Assembly (NCBI RefSeq): GCF_001457615.1
Contig: NZ_LN831024.1
Span: 4,050,001 to 4,082,000, forward strand
Reading direction: 5' to 3'
Origin: Pseudomonas aeruginosa
GTDB lineage: Bacteria; Pseudomonadota; Gammaproteobacteria; Pseudomonadales; Pseudomonadaceae
DNA length: 32,000 nt
Below the pieces are notes generated by a model. It had not been told where the DNA came from and did no database searches. It saw only the letters and a list, made by a program, of their open reading frames with translations. The translations under genes were made by a program, and so were the position numbers. This document shows, in pieces, positions 11,621 to 23,455 of this stretch; within the stretch, counting starts at the first letter, position 1; the number at the start of each line of letters is the position of its first letter.

Positions 11621-13518
11621 ATGGAATCCCCCGACCCGCCCTGCAGCGTACCTCCGTCACTGACCGTGAAGCCCCGCCTCGTCCGCCAGTTGCTGCTCCC
11701 CATTCCCCTGCTCCTGCTGATGCTCGGCTTCGGCTACGGCGGCTACCGGATCAGCGAGAGCGCCGGCATCCGTGCCCTCGCCGAGAATGGCGAACGCCAG
11801 CTGGAGCTGCATGCGCGGACGGTCGAGAGCGAGATCAGCAAGTACACCTACCTGCCCAGCCTGCTGGAGCTGGAGCGCAGCGTCAGTCACCTGCTCACCG
11901 ACCCGACGCCATACCGGCGCAACCAGGTCAACGCCTACCTCGAAGGCCTCAACCGCCGCGCCGGCAGCCGCGCGGTGTACCTGCTGGACACCAACGGCCG
12001 GGTCCTGGCCACCAGCAACTGGAGCGACCCGGACAGCTACCTCGGCGAGGACCTGTCGTTCCGCGCCTACTGGCAGGACGCGATGAAGGGCAAGCCGGGC
12101 CGCTTCTACGGCATCGGCAGCACCCGCGGCGAGCCGGGCTACTACCTGGCCCACGGCCTGGTCCACGGCGGCCGGATCATCGGCGTGGCGGTGGTCAAGG
12201 TGAAGATGGACGCCCTCGAGGAACGCTGGGAGAAGGCGCGCCTGGAAGCCTTCGTCAGCGACGAGAACGGCATCATCATCCTCTCCAGCAACCCCGCCCT
12301 GCGCCTGAAGGCGGTGCGCTCCCTGAGCGCCGACGACAAGGAGCGCCTGGCGCGCAGCATGCAGTACTACTGGTGGGCGCTGAACGAGTGGCAACCGCTG
12401 CAGCGCGAGCCGCTGGCCGCCGGTGTGGAGAAGCTCAGCTTCCCCGCCGATGAGCAGCATCCGCGCGGCGAAGCGGTCACCTACCTGGCGCAGACCCGCG
12501 CGCTGAACGACACACCGTGGAACCTGACCCTGCTCAGCCCGCTGGAAGACCTGCGCCGCGACGCGGTACGCAACGGCATGCTGGCCGCCATCGGTTTCGC
12601 CCTCCTGGCATTCCTGCTGATCGCCTGGAACGAGCGGCGCAAGGTACTCGCCACCCGCCTCGCCGCGCGCGAGGCGCTGCAACGGGCCAACGGCGAGCTG
12701 GAAGTGAAGATCGCCGAACGTACCGCCGACCTGCAGGCCAGCAACGCACGCCTGACCGCCGAGATCCACGAGCGCCAGCAGGCCGAGGACACCCTGCGCA
12801 AGGCCCAGGACGAACTGGTCCAGGCCGGCAAGCTGGCGGTGATCGGGCAGATGTCCACCAGCATCGCCCACGAACTCAACCAACCGCTGGCGGCGCTGCG
12901 TACGCTGTCCGGCAACACCGTGCGCTTCCTCCAGCGCGGCAAGCTGGAGACCGCCAGCACCAACCTCGCCACCATCAACGAACTGGTCGACCGCATGGGC
13001 CGCATCACCGCCAGCCTGCGTGCCTTCGCCCGGCGCAGCGACGACGCCGGCCAGGCCAGCCTGGCCAAGGCGGTGGACGCGGCGCTGCTGATCCTGCACG
13101 GGCGCCTGGAGCAGGACCCGCCGACCCTGCACCGGCATTTCGACGACGTGCGCCTGGGCATCGACCAGACCCGCCTGGAACAGATCCTGGTCAACCTGCT
13201 GGCCAACGCCCTCGACGCCATGAGCGGGCAGGCCGACCGCCAGCTCTGGCTGGAAGGCCGGCGCGAGGAGGAGCGCTACGTCCTGCGCGTGCGCGACAAC
13301 GGCCCCGGTATCCCGCCGGCGGCGCGCGTCCACCTGTTCGAACCCTTCTTCACCACCAAGCCCGGCGAACATGGCCTGGGCCTCGGCCTGACCCTCTCGG
13401 CCAGCCTGGCCACCGCCGCCGGCGGCAGCCTCAGCGTGCAGCACCCCGAAAGCGGCGGAACCGCCTTCGAGCTGAGCCTGTCCCTGGTTCCCGATTCCCC
13501 GACTGCGAGTCCCGCCCG

Positions 13519-13522
<4 letters not shown>
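11621..13522 (+). CDS. aauS: Membrane sensor histidine kinase (DctB-like) for acidic amino acids
   Basis: N-terminal TM + periplasmic Cache-like sensor, second TM, H-box STSIAHELNQPL, N-box LLANALDAM, G-box GLGLGLTLS. Start site approximate. Confidence 0.9.
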
Positions 13523-14844
<1,322 letters not shown>

Positions 14845-14927
14845 GCCGGGGGCCCTCTTCGCCCTGCCCACCTGGCGCAGGGCGCGATGCTTCATCCGAC
14901 ATTTCTCACCCGCCTGCGATTCCGCTC

Positions 14928-14956
14928 GGCGGATAACGCCGGGGGCGTTATCCGCC
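14928..14956. repeat. REP-like palindromic element (GGCGGATAACGCC-GGG-GGCGTTATCCGCC)
   Basis: Perfect 13-bp inverted repeat with 3-nt loop, just 3' of aauR; matches the GGCGGATAACGC…GCGTTATCCGCCCTAC type common in P. aeruginosa intergenic DNA. Confidence 0.8.
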
Positions 14957-15151
14957 CTACCCGCCTGACGCAGCGCGTCATAGGCCATTCCTCCTCCCTC
15001 GGTGCGCCCGCGCTATCCGGGCATTCATGAATTGAACTCAAGTGTCATTTTCCCCGGCAGCTGTTTTTCGCACGAATCGTTCCGCCAATAATGCGCCCAC
15101 CTTCTTCCAGTACGCCGCGCCGCGGCCGGCCTCACGAGCGAGATCGCCATC

Positions 15152-16264
15152 ATGCTGTTCAGCCCCTATGCCCTTGGCCACCTGACCCTCCCCAATCGCA
15201 TCGTCATGCCGCCGATGGCCCGTTCCCGCGCCGCCAGTGGCGAAGTCGCCACCGCGCTGATGGCCGAGTACTACAGCCAGCGCGCCGGCGCCGGCCTGAT
15301 CGTTTCCGAAGGCACCCAGATCAGCCGGCAGGGCCAGGGCTACGCCTGGACACCGGGCATCCACAGCGCCGAGCAGGTCGCCGGCTGGCGCCAGGTCACC
15401 GACGCGGTGCACGCCGCCGGCGGGCGCATCTTCGCCCAGCTCTGGCACGTCGGCAGGGTCTCGCACACCTCGCTGCAACCGGGCAACGCCGCCCCGGTGT
15501 CCTCCTCGGCGCTGGTGGCCGAAGGCGTGAAGGTCTTCGTCGATCCCCAGGGCCGCGGAGCGCAGGCCGGCGGCGGCGAGATGGTCCAGCACTCGGCGCC
15601 GCGCGCACTGGCCGTGGAGGAAATCCGGGAGATCGTCGCCGACTATGCCCAGGCCGCACGCAACGCCCTCGACGCCGGCTTCGACGGGGTCGAACTGCAC
15701 GGCGCCAACGGCTACCTGATCAACCAGTTCATCGACTCCCAGGCCAATGCGCGCAACGACCAATACGGCGGCTCGCTGGAGAACCGCCTGCGCTTCCTCC
15801 GCGAAGTCGCCGAGGCGGTCACCGCGGTGGTCGGCAGGGAGCCCATCGGCGTGCGCCTGGCGCCGCTGACCACCCTGCAGGGCGCGGTCGACGACACCCC
15901 GCAAGCCACCTACCTGGCCGCGGCGCGGCTACTGGACGAGATCGGCGTGGCCTACATCCACATCGCCGAGGCCGACTGGGAAGACGCCCCGGCCATGCCG
16001 GCGGCGTTCAAGGAAGCGTTGCGCATCGTCTACCGTGGCAGCCTGATCTACTCCGGCATGTACACCAAGGCGCGCGCCGAGGAAGCCCTGGCCAGGGGCT
16101 GGGCCGACCTGATCGGCTTCGGCCGGCCGTTCATCGCCAACCCCGACCTGCCCTACCGCCTGGAGCACGACCTGGCGCTGGCCGACGGCGACCGCTCGAC
16201 CTACTTCGGTGGCGGCGCCGCCGGCTACACCGACTACCCGAGCCTGCCGCAGGCGGCCGGTTGA
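15152..16264 (+). CDS. NADH:flavin oxidoreductase / Old Yellow Enzyme family protein
   Basis: LFSPYALGHLTLPNRIVMPPMARSRA…; GVELHGANGYLINQFID; NARNDQYGGSLENRLRF motifs. Confidence 0.95.
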   Translation: MLFSPYALGHLTLPNRIVMPPMARSRAASGEVATALMAEYYSQRAGAGLIVSEGTQISRQGQGYAWTPGIHSAEQVAGWRQVTDAVHAAGGRIFAQLWHVGRVSHTSLQPGNAAPVSSSALVAEGVKVFVDPQGRGAQAGGGEMVQHSAPRALAVEEIREIVADYAQAARNALDAGFDGVELHGANGYLINQFIDSQANARNDQYGGSLENRLRFLREVAEAVTAVVGREPIGVRLAPLTTLQGAVDDTPQATYLAAARLLDEIGVAYIHIAEADWEDAPAMPAAFKEALRIVYRGSLIYSGMYTKARAEEALARGWADLIGFGRPFIANPDLPYRLEHDLALADGDRSTYFGGGAAGYTDYPSLPQAAG

Positions 16265-16458
16265 ACCCCCTAGCCGACCGGACCGCGAGCGCGCGGCCGG
16301 TTGGCGAAACATGCCGCCACAACCTCGCCTTTGGTCGACTAGAACCCACGGCTGGCGGGACCTAGACTCAATTCGCCAGATATTCATTATTAATAGGCCT
16401 GATTTCCTGGACAGGGGGGACCACCGATAGCATCGAGGAACATTTCGAGGAATCCGCC

Positions 16459-16665
16459 ATGAGCAAGTCCCTGATCGTCTCCCTGGCCGCCAGCCTGGTC
16501 GTCCTGACCGGTTGCGCCAACCCGCCGCGCAGCGTCGAACGCCCCTACAGCGACGCCGAAATCAAGTCCTACGCCCTCGACAGCCTGGAACGCAGCGACC
16601 TCTCGCCGAAGCGCCTCGACCAGTACCGCAGCGTGCTCGGCACGCCGCACCGGCAGACCCTGTAG
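16459..16665 (+). CDS. Small putative lipoprotein
   Basis: 68-aa ORF with N-terminal lipobox (SLVVLTGCAN); overlaps no other strong CDS; SD-like GAGGAA upstream. Confidence 0.75.
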   Translation: MSKSLIVSLAASLVVLTGCANPPRSVERPYSDAEIKSYALDSLERSDLSPKRLDQYRSVLGTPHRQTL

Positions 16666-16670
16666 CGCCT

Positions 16671-17294
16671 TCAGACGGGGCGCCGCCAGACGCTCGCCAG
16701 CCAGGGCTGCTGCTCGCGCGGCAGGCCCGGCGGCCGGTAGTAGTGCTCCAGCTCGACGAAACCGGCTTCCTCCAGCAGGCGTTTCCAGGCCGGGTAATCG
16801 TGGTAGGCACCGTAGCGTTGGCCATTCCAGCCCTCGCGGTTGTCGCCGCGCGGGTTGGAGCTGAACAGCACGCCGCCCGGTCGCAGCGCTTCGAAGAGTT
16901 CGCCGAGCACCCGCGGCAAGGCGCTGCCGGGCACATGGAACAGGCTGGCGTTGGCGAAGATGCCGTCGAAGTGCCCAGCCGGCAGTCGCAGCGCCAGGAA
17001 ATTCTGTTGCCATACCTCGCAACCGCTGTCGGCCCTGGCCATCTCGACGAAGCGCGGCGTGCCTTCGAGTCCCACCGGCTGGTGGCCGAGGCGGCGGAAG
17101 GTGGCCAGGTCGCGCCCGGGACCGCAGCCGAAATCGAGGATCCGGTACGGCGGCGGCCCGTCGATTTGGCGCAGCAGCGCCTCGACGTTCTGGCTCACGT
17201 CGTGGCCGCGGGTGCCCTCGCGGAAGCCTTCGGCGTTGCGCTGGTAGTCGGCCAGGGTGGTGGCGGTGATCGCGTCGAAATCCTCGGTGCTCAT
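16671..17294 (-). CDS. Class I SAM-dependent methyltransferase
   Basis: ILDFGCGPGRDLATF motif I; start at ATG 17294 (MSTEDFDAITATTLADYQRNAEGF). Confidence 0.9.
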   Translation of the reverse strand: MSTEDFDAITATTLADYQRNAEGFREGTRGHDVSQNVEALLRQIDGPPPYRILDFGCGPGRDLATFRRLGHQPVGLEGTPRFVEMARADSGCEVWQQNFLALRLPAGHFDGIFANASLFHVPGSALPRVLGELFEALRPGGVLFSSNPRGDNREGWNGQRYGAYHDYPAWKRLLEEAGFVELEHYYRPPGLPREQQPWLASVWRRPV

Positions 17295-17619
17295 GTCTGC
17301 TCGCAGTGGCGGGGTTCCGCCCAGTCTAGCGCCGGCACGGGTTTCGCCTAAGGTTTTGTAATAGTTTCCCGCTGTGGCGAGGGCCCGCGACACAGTAGGA
17401 TCGAATTCCCTTTGACTCTCAATGGCCATCATGACCACCCTTTCGGAGCCCCCCAGTCGTCCTTCCGGACAACCCTCCCCGCTTCGCCTTCGCCACCTGC
17501 GTCCGCCCCTCGACGCCGAATCCCTCGCCTCGTCGCCCTCCGTCACCGCCGGCTGCCGCAGCCGCGCCGTGCAGCGTCGCGCCAGCGCGACGGCCAGCCG
17601 GACCGGGAGGTAAGCGCAC

Positions 17620-19167
17620 ATGGAATGGATAGCTGACCCGACTGCCTGGCTCGGCCTGGCGACCCTGATCGTGCTGGAGATCGTCCTCGGCATCGACAAC
17701 CTGGTGTTCATCGCGATCCTCGCCGACAAGCTGCCGCCGCACCTGCGCGACCGCGCCCGGGTCCTCGGCCTGTCGCTGGCGCTGCTGATGCGCCTGGGCC
17801 TGCTGGCGAGCATCTCGTGGATGGTGACCCTCACCGAGCCGCTGTTCGAGGTATTCGGCAAGAGCTTCTCCGGCCGCGACCTGATCATGCTGTTCGGTGG
17901 CGTGTTCCTGCTGTTCAAGGCCACCATGGAGCTGCACGAACGCCTCGAAGGCCATGTCGCCCAGCACGCCGGCAACAAGACCTACGCGCTGTTCTGGCCG
18001 ATCGTCGCGCAGATCGTGGTGCTCGACGCGGTGTTCTCGCTCGACGCGGTGATCACCGCGGTGGGCATGGTCGAGCACCTGGAAGTGATGATGATCGCGG
18101 TGATCGTCTCCATCGGCCTGATGATCGTCGCCAGCAAGCCGCTGACCCGCTTCGTCAATCGTCACCCGACGGTGATCATGCTGTGCCTGGGCTTCCTGAT
18201 GATGATCGGCTTCAGCCTGACCGCCGAGGGCCTGGGCTTCCATATCCCGAAAGGCTACCTGTACGCGGCCATCGGCTTCTCGATCCTCATCGAGGTGTTC
18301 AACCAGGTCGCCCGCAAGCGCCGCAAGAAGAGCCTGCAGGGCCACCGCCCGCTGCGCGCGCGTACCGCCCATGCGGTGCTGCGCCTGCTCGGCGGCCAGC
18401 GCCTGGAGGCCGACGAGGTCGGCGAGGAAGTCGCCGACCTGTTCGAGGAGGGCGACGACCAGGTGGTCTTCGACCGCCGCGAGCGGGTGATGATCAGCGG
18501 CGTGCTGCAATTGGCCGAGAAGCCCATCCGCAGCCTGATGACGGTACGCGCCGAGGTCGACTGCATCGACCTCGACAGCGGCCGCGAGGCGATCCGCGCG
18601 GCGCTGCTCGAATCGTCCTACTCGCGCCTGCCGCTGGTGCGCGACGGGCGCGTCGAGGAGCCGCTGGGCTACGTGCACAAGAAGGAACTGCTCAAGGAGC
18701 TGCTCGCCGGCGCCCAGCCGGACCTGGAAAGCCTGGCCCGCCAGCCGCTCAACCTGTTGCAGGACTGCTCGATCCTCAACGCCCTGGAGCAGATGCGCGA
18801 GGCCTCGACCCACGTGGCCTTCGTGGTCAACGAGTTCGGCGAGTTCATCGGCCTGCTGACCCTGACCGACATTCTCGAATCCATCGCCGGCGAGCTGCCC
18901 GACGCCAGTGAGATCGACGGTCCGGACGTGGTCGAGGAGAACGACGGCTATCTGGTCAGCGGTGCCATGAACCTCAGCCAGGTGCGTCGACGCGTGGGGT
19001 TCGACGCGCGCGCCACGGAGGACTACCAGACCCTCGCCGGGCTGGTGATGAGCCTGCTCGACCGCCTGCCGGTGATCGGCGACCGCCTGCAGTGGCAGGA
19101 CTGGGAGCTGCGGGTGGTGGAAGTGGAAGAACGCCGGGTGACCCGGGTCCTGCTGCGCAGGGGCTGA
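17620..19167 (+). CDS. TerC-family integral membrane protein with C-terminal CBS pair and CorC/HlyC domain
   Basis: [21 protein letters not shown] TerC motif repeated as [16 protein letters not shown]; then [15 protein letters not shown]… CBS-like region; SD GGAGGT. Confidence 0.92.
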   Translation: MEWIADPTAWLGLATLIVLEIVLGIDNLVFIAILADKLPPHLRDRARVLGLSLALLMRLGLLASISWMVTLTEPLFEVFGKSFSGRDLIMLFGGVFLLFKATMELHERLEGHVAQHAGNKTYALFWPIVAQIVVLDAVFSLDAVITAVGMVEHLEVMMIAVIVSIGLMIVASKPLTRFVNRHPTVIMLCLGFLMMIGFSLTAEGLGFHIPKGYLYAAIGFSILIEVFNQVARKRRKKSLQGHRPLRARTAHAVLRLLGGQRLEADEVGEEVADLFEEGDDQVVFDRRERVMISGVLQLAEKPIRSLMTVRAEVDCIDLDSGREAIRAALLESSYSRLPLVRDGRVEEPLGYVHKKELLKELLAGAQPDLESLARQPLNLLQDCSILNALEQMREASTHVAFVVNEFGEFIGLLTLTDILESIAGELPDASEIDGPDVVEENDGYLVSGAMNLSQVRRRVGFDARATEDYQTLAGLVMSLLDRLPVIGDRLQWQDWELRVVEVEERRVTRVLLRRG

Positions 19168-19222
19168 GCGAAGCGGCGGCCGCCGATCCGGCCGCCGTCC
19201 TCCCCGGCGCAGCGGCAGACCG

Positions 19223-20002
19223 CTACAGGCGGCGCTGCCAGGCCTGCGCCTGCTCGTCCTTCACCACCTCGACGAAAGCTTCCGGCAACAGGGTGCGGAA
19301 CGGGCCTTCGTCAGCCTCGGCCAGCTCGACCATCCGCGCGATCATTTCCTCCGGATCGTACTGCTCGAAGGGAAAGCGCACGCCGCTGTGGTCGGTGAAG
19401 TGGCGCTGCGGGTCGTACCAGCGTTTCCAGGTTTCCATCATGCGATCGTTGAAGCCGGTCTGGTACGGGCCGGGATTGATGGTGCCAACCTGGATGCCGA
19501 ACGGCTTCAGTTCGGCATGCAGGGCCTCGGCGAAGGCCTCCAGGGCATGCTTGGAGGCGCAGTAGGGGCCGGTATAGGGTCCGGTGATCAGGCCGGCGAT
19601 GGACGACACGAAGAGCACCTTGCCGCCACGCTTCTGCTCGACCATGCGCCGGACGAAACCCTGGGTCAGTTCCAGGTTGGCGAACACGTTGGTCTCGAAC
19701 AGCGCGCGCACCAGTTCCAGCGGGATCTCCGCGCTGGCCCCGGCCTCGGCGCTGCCGGCGTTGTTCAGCAGCACGTCGATATCCCATTCCCAGGCGCGTT
19801 CGCGATCGGCGGCGACGGTGATGTCGAGGGTTTCCACCCGCAGCGGGACGCCACGCCGCCCGGCCTCTTCGCGCAGGTCGGCGGCCTGCCCGGCGCCGCG
19901 CACGCCGGCGATCGTCCGATGGCCGCGGGCGGCCAGGCGCAACGCCACTTCCCGACCGAAGCCGCTGCCGGCCCCGGTCACCAGGATTCGCTTCTGTTTC
20001 AT
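19223..20002 (-). CDS. SDR family oxidoreductase
   Basis: KRILVTGAGSGFGREVALRLAARGH; VLLNNAG; YCASKHALEAFAEALHAELKPFGIQVGTINPG. Confidence 0.93.
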   Translation of the reverse strand: MKQKRILVTGAGSGFGREVALRLAARGHRTIAGVRGAGQAADLREEAGRRGVPLRVETLDITVAADRERAWEWDIDVLLNNAGSAEAGASAEIPLELVRALFETNVFANLELTQGFVRRMVEQKRGGKVLFVSSIAGLITGPYTGPYCASKHALEAFAEALHAELKPFGIQVGTINPGPYQTGFNDRMMETWKRWYDPQRHFTDHSGVRFPFEQYDPEEMIARMVELAEADEGPFRTLLPEAFVEVVKDEQAQAWQRRL

Positions 20003-20007
20003 CTCGA

Positions 20008-20424
20008 TTACCTCTGGATTGTTGCCATGGCCACGGCGGCCTCGGCGATGGATTGGTCCTGGGCCGCGCTGGCGCCGGAGACGCCGATGCCACCCAGGCA
20101 GGAACCGCCGGCATCGCCCAGCGGCATGCCGCCGGCGAAGCAGGCCAGCCCGCCGTTGCTCTGCTCGATGCTCCACAACGGCTGGCCCGGCCCGGCGAGT
20201 CGGCCCAGCTCGCCGCTGGGCAGGCGGAACAGCGCGGCGCTGCGCGCCTTGCGCTGGGCCAGGTCGATGGCACCGGGAACGCTGTCGTCCATCCGTACGA
20301 ACGCCAGCAGGTTGGCATGGGCGTCGACCACCGCGACGCAGACCGCCAGGCGCTGCCGCTGCGCTTCGGCAATGGCCGCCGCGATGCAGCGTTGGGCATG
20401 TTGCAGAGACAGGTGGGTAGACAT
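20008..20424 (-). CDS. GlcG/HbpS-like heme-degrading-family protein
   Basis: AIAEAQRQRLAVCVAVVDAHANLLAFVRMDDSVPGAIDLAQRKARSAALF…GGMPLGDAGGSCLGGIGVSGA typical of the family. Confidence 0.88.
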   Translation of the reverse strand: MSTHLSLQHAQRCIAAAIAEAQRQRLAVCVAVVDAHANLLAFVRMDDSVPGAIDLAQRKARSAALFRLPSGELGRLAGPGQPLWSIEQSNGGLACFAGGMPLGDAGGSCLGGIGVSGASAAQDQSIAEAAVAMATIQR

Positions 20425-20523
20425 GGCCGGCGTCCTCATCGAGTGCTTGCGGGCCAGTCTAGAAAGGTCGAAGCTTTAACAGAACCGGCCTTCTCCTACG
20501 TAGACTTTCAAGTTTTTCTAACA

Positions 20524-21432
20524 ATGAATCGACGCGATCCCCTCGCCGGCCTGCATGTCTTCAGGCAGGTCGCCGACACCGGCAGCTTCACCCGCGCCGC
20601 CGCCCTGCTCGGGGTGACGCCGGCAGCGGTGAGCCAGGCGATCAACCAACTGGAAGCCGAGCTGCGTCTCAAGCTGTTCCACCGCACCACCCGCGGGGTC
20701 AGCCTGAGCGAGGCCGGGCAGCGCTACCACGAACAGACCGAACAGCCCTACCGCGACCTGGTGCGCGCCCGCGAAGCGCTCGGCGAAAGCCTCGCGGAAC
20801 CCTCCGGGCAGCTGCGCATCAGCGCCCTGCACCTGGCGAAGAACCTGGTGATCGCACCGATGCTCAACGAGTTCGTGCGACGCTACCCGAAGGTACAACT
20901 GGAGATCCGCTACGAGGACCAGTTGGTGGATATCGTCAGGGAACGACTGGATGCCGGCATCCGCCTGGCCGACGCCCTGCAGCCGGGCATGGTCGGGGTG
21001 CAACTGACAGCGCCGCTGGCGTGCCTGCTGGTGGCCACTCCGACCTACCTCGCCGAGTACGGTACGCCGGCCAGCGTCGCCGACCTCGATGGGCATGCCG
21101 CCGTGCGCTTCCGTTTCCCGCGCAGCGGCCGCCTGCACAAGTGGCGCTTGCGGGAAGACGGGCGGGAACTGGAAGTGGACCTGCCGGCACGCTTCGTCAG
21201 CACCGACACCGAGACGATCATCGAGGCGGCCCGCGCCGGCGCAGGGATCGCCCAGGCATTCATCCGCGAGCGAGTCGCCGCGGACCTCGCTGCCGGGCGC
21301 CTGGTGGAAGTGCTGCCTGGCAGTTGCCTGCCGCTGCCGCCGATGTGGCTGTATTACCTGAACCGCCGCCACGTACCGGCCAAGCTGCGCGCCTTCATCG
21401 AACTGCTACGCGAGTGGCGGCAGCCGGCCTGA
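20524..21432 (+). CDS. LysR-family transcriptional regulator
   Basis: FRQVADTGSFTRAAALLGVTPAAVSQAINQLEAELRLKLFHRTTR N-terminal HTH; divergent from the SDR/GlcG-like pair. Confidence 0.95.
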   Translation: MNRRDPLAGLHVFRQVADTGSFTRAAALLGVTPAAVSQAINQLEAELRLKLFHRTTRGVSLSEAGQRYHEQTEQPYRDLVRAREALGESLAEPSGQLRISALHLAKNLVIAPMLNEFVRRYPKVQLEIRYEDQLVDIVRERLDAGIRLADALQPGMVGVQLTAPLACLLVATPTYLAEYGTPASVADLDGHAAVRFRFPRSGRLHKWRLREDGRELEVDLPARFVSTDTETIIEAARAGAGIAQAFIRERVAADLAAGRLVEVLPGSCLPLPPMWLYYLNRRHVPAKLRAFIELLREWRQPA

Positions 21433-21435
21433 ACC

Positions 21436-23370
21436 TCAGCGGCCCTTGCCGGCCGGCCCCGGCCGGCTCAGCAGGAGGTCGTCCGGTCCGTCGATCTCGA
21501 TGAAGCGACCGCTTTCCAGCGCCTCCTCCAGCGGCGTGCCGGCGAGCACGTCGGCCTTGCGCAGGGCGCTGGAGAAACGCAGGTCGGCGCTGGCTTCGAC
21601 CTTCGCCAACGGCACCTGGTAGGTCTTGAACGCACCGTAGCGGAAGCCTTCGCTGGGCATCATCCCTTCCTGCCCCAGCAGGTAGGCGGACACTCCCAGT
21701 TCGCCGCTGTCGGCGTCGATCATCGCCACCACCTTCCAGAACTCCAGCGGCACCTGCACGCCCTGGTAGAGCGGATCGTCGTCGCGGAACACCGGGCCGG
21801 TGAACACCGAGATGCGGAAGCCCTCGCTCCTGGCGTTCTGCAGCACGTAGTCCTCCAGCGACAGCCAGCTGCGCTGGTTGAGCTGCGCCACCTGGGGCAC
21901 CGCGTTGGTGTAGACGAAGGTGTCGTCCTCAGCCTGCCGGGCGACGGCATCGCTGTCGCCCCAGCCGGGATCCTCGCGACGCACCATGTGGCCCTTGTCG
22001 AACGAAGCCGGGCCGTAGAAGTCCTTGTGTCCGACCTGCGCGGCCGCCTCGATGCGCGGGTCGAAGCCCCAGGAATCCTTGCGCTTGAGCGAACGCTTGA
22101 GCGCGCCGTCGATATTCACCGCGGTGAGGATCGGCAAGCGCCGACTGGCGCTCATCACCACCGAGAAATGCAGGTAGTCCAGGCGCATGCCCTTGCCCAC
22201 CGGCAGCACCTGGTGGCTCTTGCCCGGCTTGGGCAAGGCCGCCTTCGGCCCGAGGAAGGCCTCGTCGAAACCCTTGCGCTCGGCCAGGTCGGCGACGCTG
22301 CGCTGCTTTTCCTGGAAGCGCGGCACGCCGCGCTTCAGCTCCGCCCCGGCCACCGGCACCCAGGCGCGACGCGCCAGCAGGCTGCGGATCACGCTGGCCT
22401 TCACCGCATAGTTGGTCTTGCGGAACTGGCCGCCGAAGTGCAGGCCGACCACCTCGCCGCCGTCGATCGAAAGCACCGCCGAGCCGGAATTGCCGCCCAG
22501 GGTCGAGCAGTCGTGGGTCAGGTACCAGGCGTCATGGGGCAATCCCACGACTTCGCCGGGAGCGAAGCGCTTGACGTCGTAGATGTTGCCGAAGATATCT
22601 TCCATCGCCCCGGCGTCGTTGCGGCTGTCGCGCGCCGGATAGCCGACCACCGCCACCGCCTGGCGCGGCTCGGCATCCTGGCGCGCGAGGACCAGCGGCG
22701 GCGGCAGCAGGTCGCCCTTCACTACCTGGAGGATCGCCATGTCCGGCGCCTCGGAGACGTCCGGGGCGATCCACAGGACCCGCGCGATCACATGCTCGTC
22801 GCTTTCCGGCTGGCGGTATTCCTCGCGGAAGTCCACGCGGGTGCGCACCTGCTTGCCGGCCTGGTTGAGACGGAAGCGGAACAGGCTGCCCTGGCGCTCG
22901 GCGAACAGGCTGGCGACATGCCGGTTGGTGACGATCAGGTCGTCCTCGATGCGCCAGCCGGTACCGCACCAGTCCATGCTGTCGTGGTCGATCAATTCCA
23001 ACCGACCGACCGAGCGGATCGGCGTGGCCAGCGCGGCGCGATGCTTCTTCAGGCGCTGCTCCAGGCCGGCCAGCGGCGCTTCGTCGAAGATACCGTTCTT
23101 CACCAGCAGCACCGGCCGGCTCTTGAGCAGGACGATCGCCTCGCTGAAGCGCCGCGAGTCGAAGAACGAGGCGTCGGATTCCGGCGACACGCTCTTGCCC
23201 AGGTGGTCGGCGATCTGCTCGCGGCTGGCGTTGTACGCCGGCACGTTGCTCCACTCACCGCGGGCGGCGAGGTGGGCGAGTTCCTCGCGGGTGCCCTTTT
23301 CCTTCAGTACCGAGCAGACCCGCAGTTCTTCCGGCGTGGCCCGCCGGGGGTTGCGCTTGCGCATGGCCAT
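21436..23370 (-). CDS. Fusion of trypsin-like serine protease and DNA/RNA non-specific (beta-beta-alpha metal) endonuclease
   Basis: Protease: GTGWRIEDDLIVTNRHVA (His), APDMAILQV (Asp), STLGGNSGSAVL (Ser). Nuclease: FDKGHMVRREDPGWG…TNAVPQVAQLNQRSWLSLEDYV…VFTGPVFRDDDP. Confidence 0.9.
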   Translation of the reverse strand: MAMRKRNPRRATPEELRVCSVLKEKGTREELAHLAARGEWSNVPAYNASREQIADHLGKSVSPESDASFFDSRRFSEAIVLLKSRPVLLVKNGIFDEAPLAGLEQRLKKHRAALATPIRSVGRLELIDHDSMDWCGTGWRIEDDLIVTNRHVASLFAERQGSLFRFRLNQAGKQVRTRVDFREEYRQPESDEHVIARVLWIAPDVSEAPDMAILQVVKGDLLPPPLVLARQDAEPRQAVAVVGYPARDSRNDAGAMEDIFGNIYDVKRFAPGEVVGLPHDAWYLTHDCSTLGGNSGSAVLSIDGGEVVGLHFGGQFRKTNYAVKASVIRSLLARRAWVPVAGAELKRGVPRFQEKQRSVADLAERKGFDEAFLGPKAALPKPGKSHQVLPVGKGMRLDYLHFSVVMSASRRLPILTAVNIDGALKRSLKRKDSWGFDPRIEAAAQVGHKDFYGPASFDKGHMVRREDPGWGDSDAVARQAEDDTFVYTNAVPQVAQLNQRSWLSLEDYVLQNARSEGFRISVFTGPVFRDDDPLYQGVQVPLEFWKVVAMIDADSGELGVSAYLLGQEGMMPSEGFRYGAFKTYQVPLAKVEASADLRFSSALRKADVLAGTPLEEALESGRFIEIDGPDDLLLSRPGPAGKGR

Positions 23371-23455
23371 GTCCCTCGCTGGGCGGATATCCCTGGCAGG
23401 AGTCTAGCCGAGGGACATGACAGGGCCATGTCCCGCTGGCGCACCGCCGCGCAGC

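Noticed and set aside
17422-17613. 63-aa ORF between the methyltransferase and TerC genes as a protein-coding gene
   Set aside because: No convincing SD, Ser/Arg/Pro/Ala-rich composition typical of a random GC-rich frame; kept only as part of the 5' region observation.
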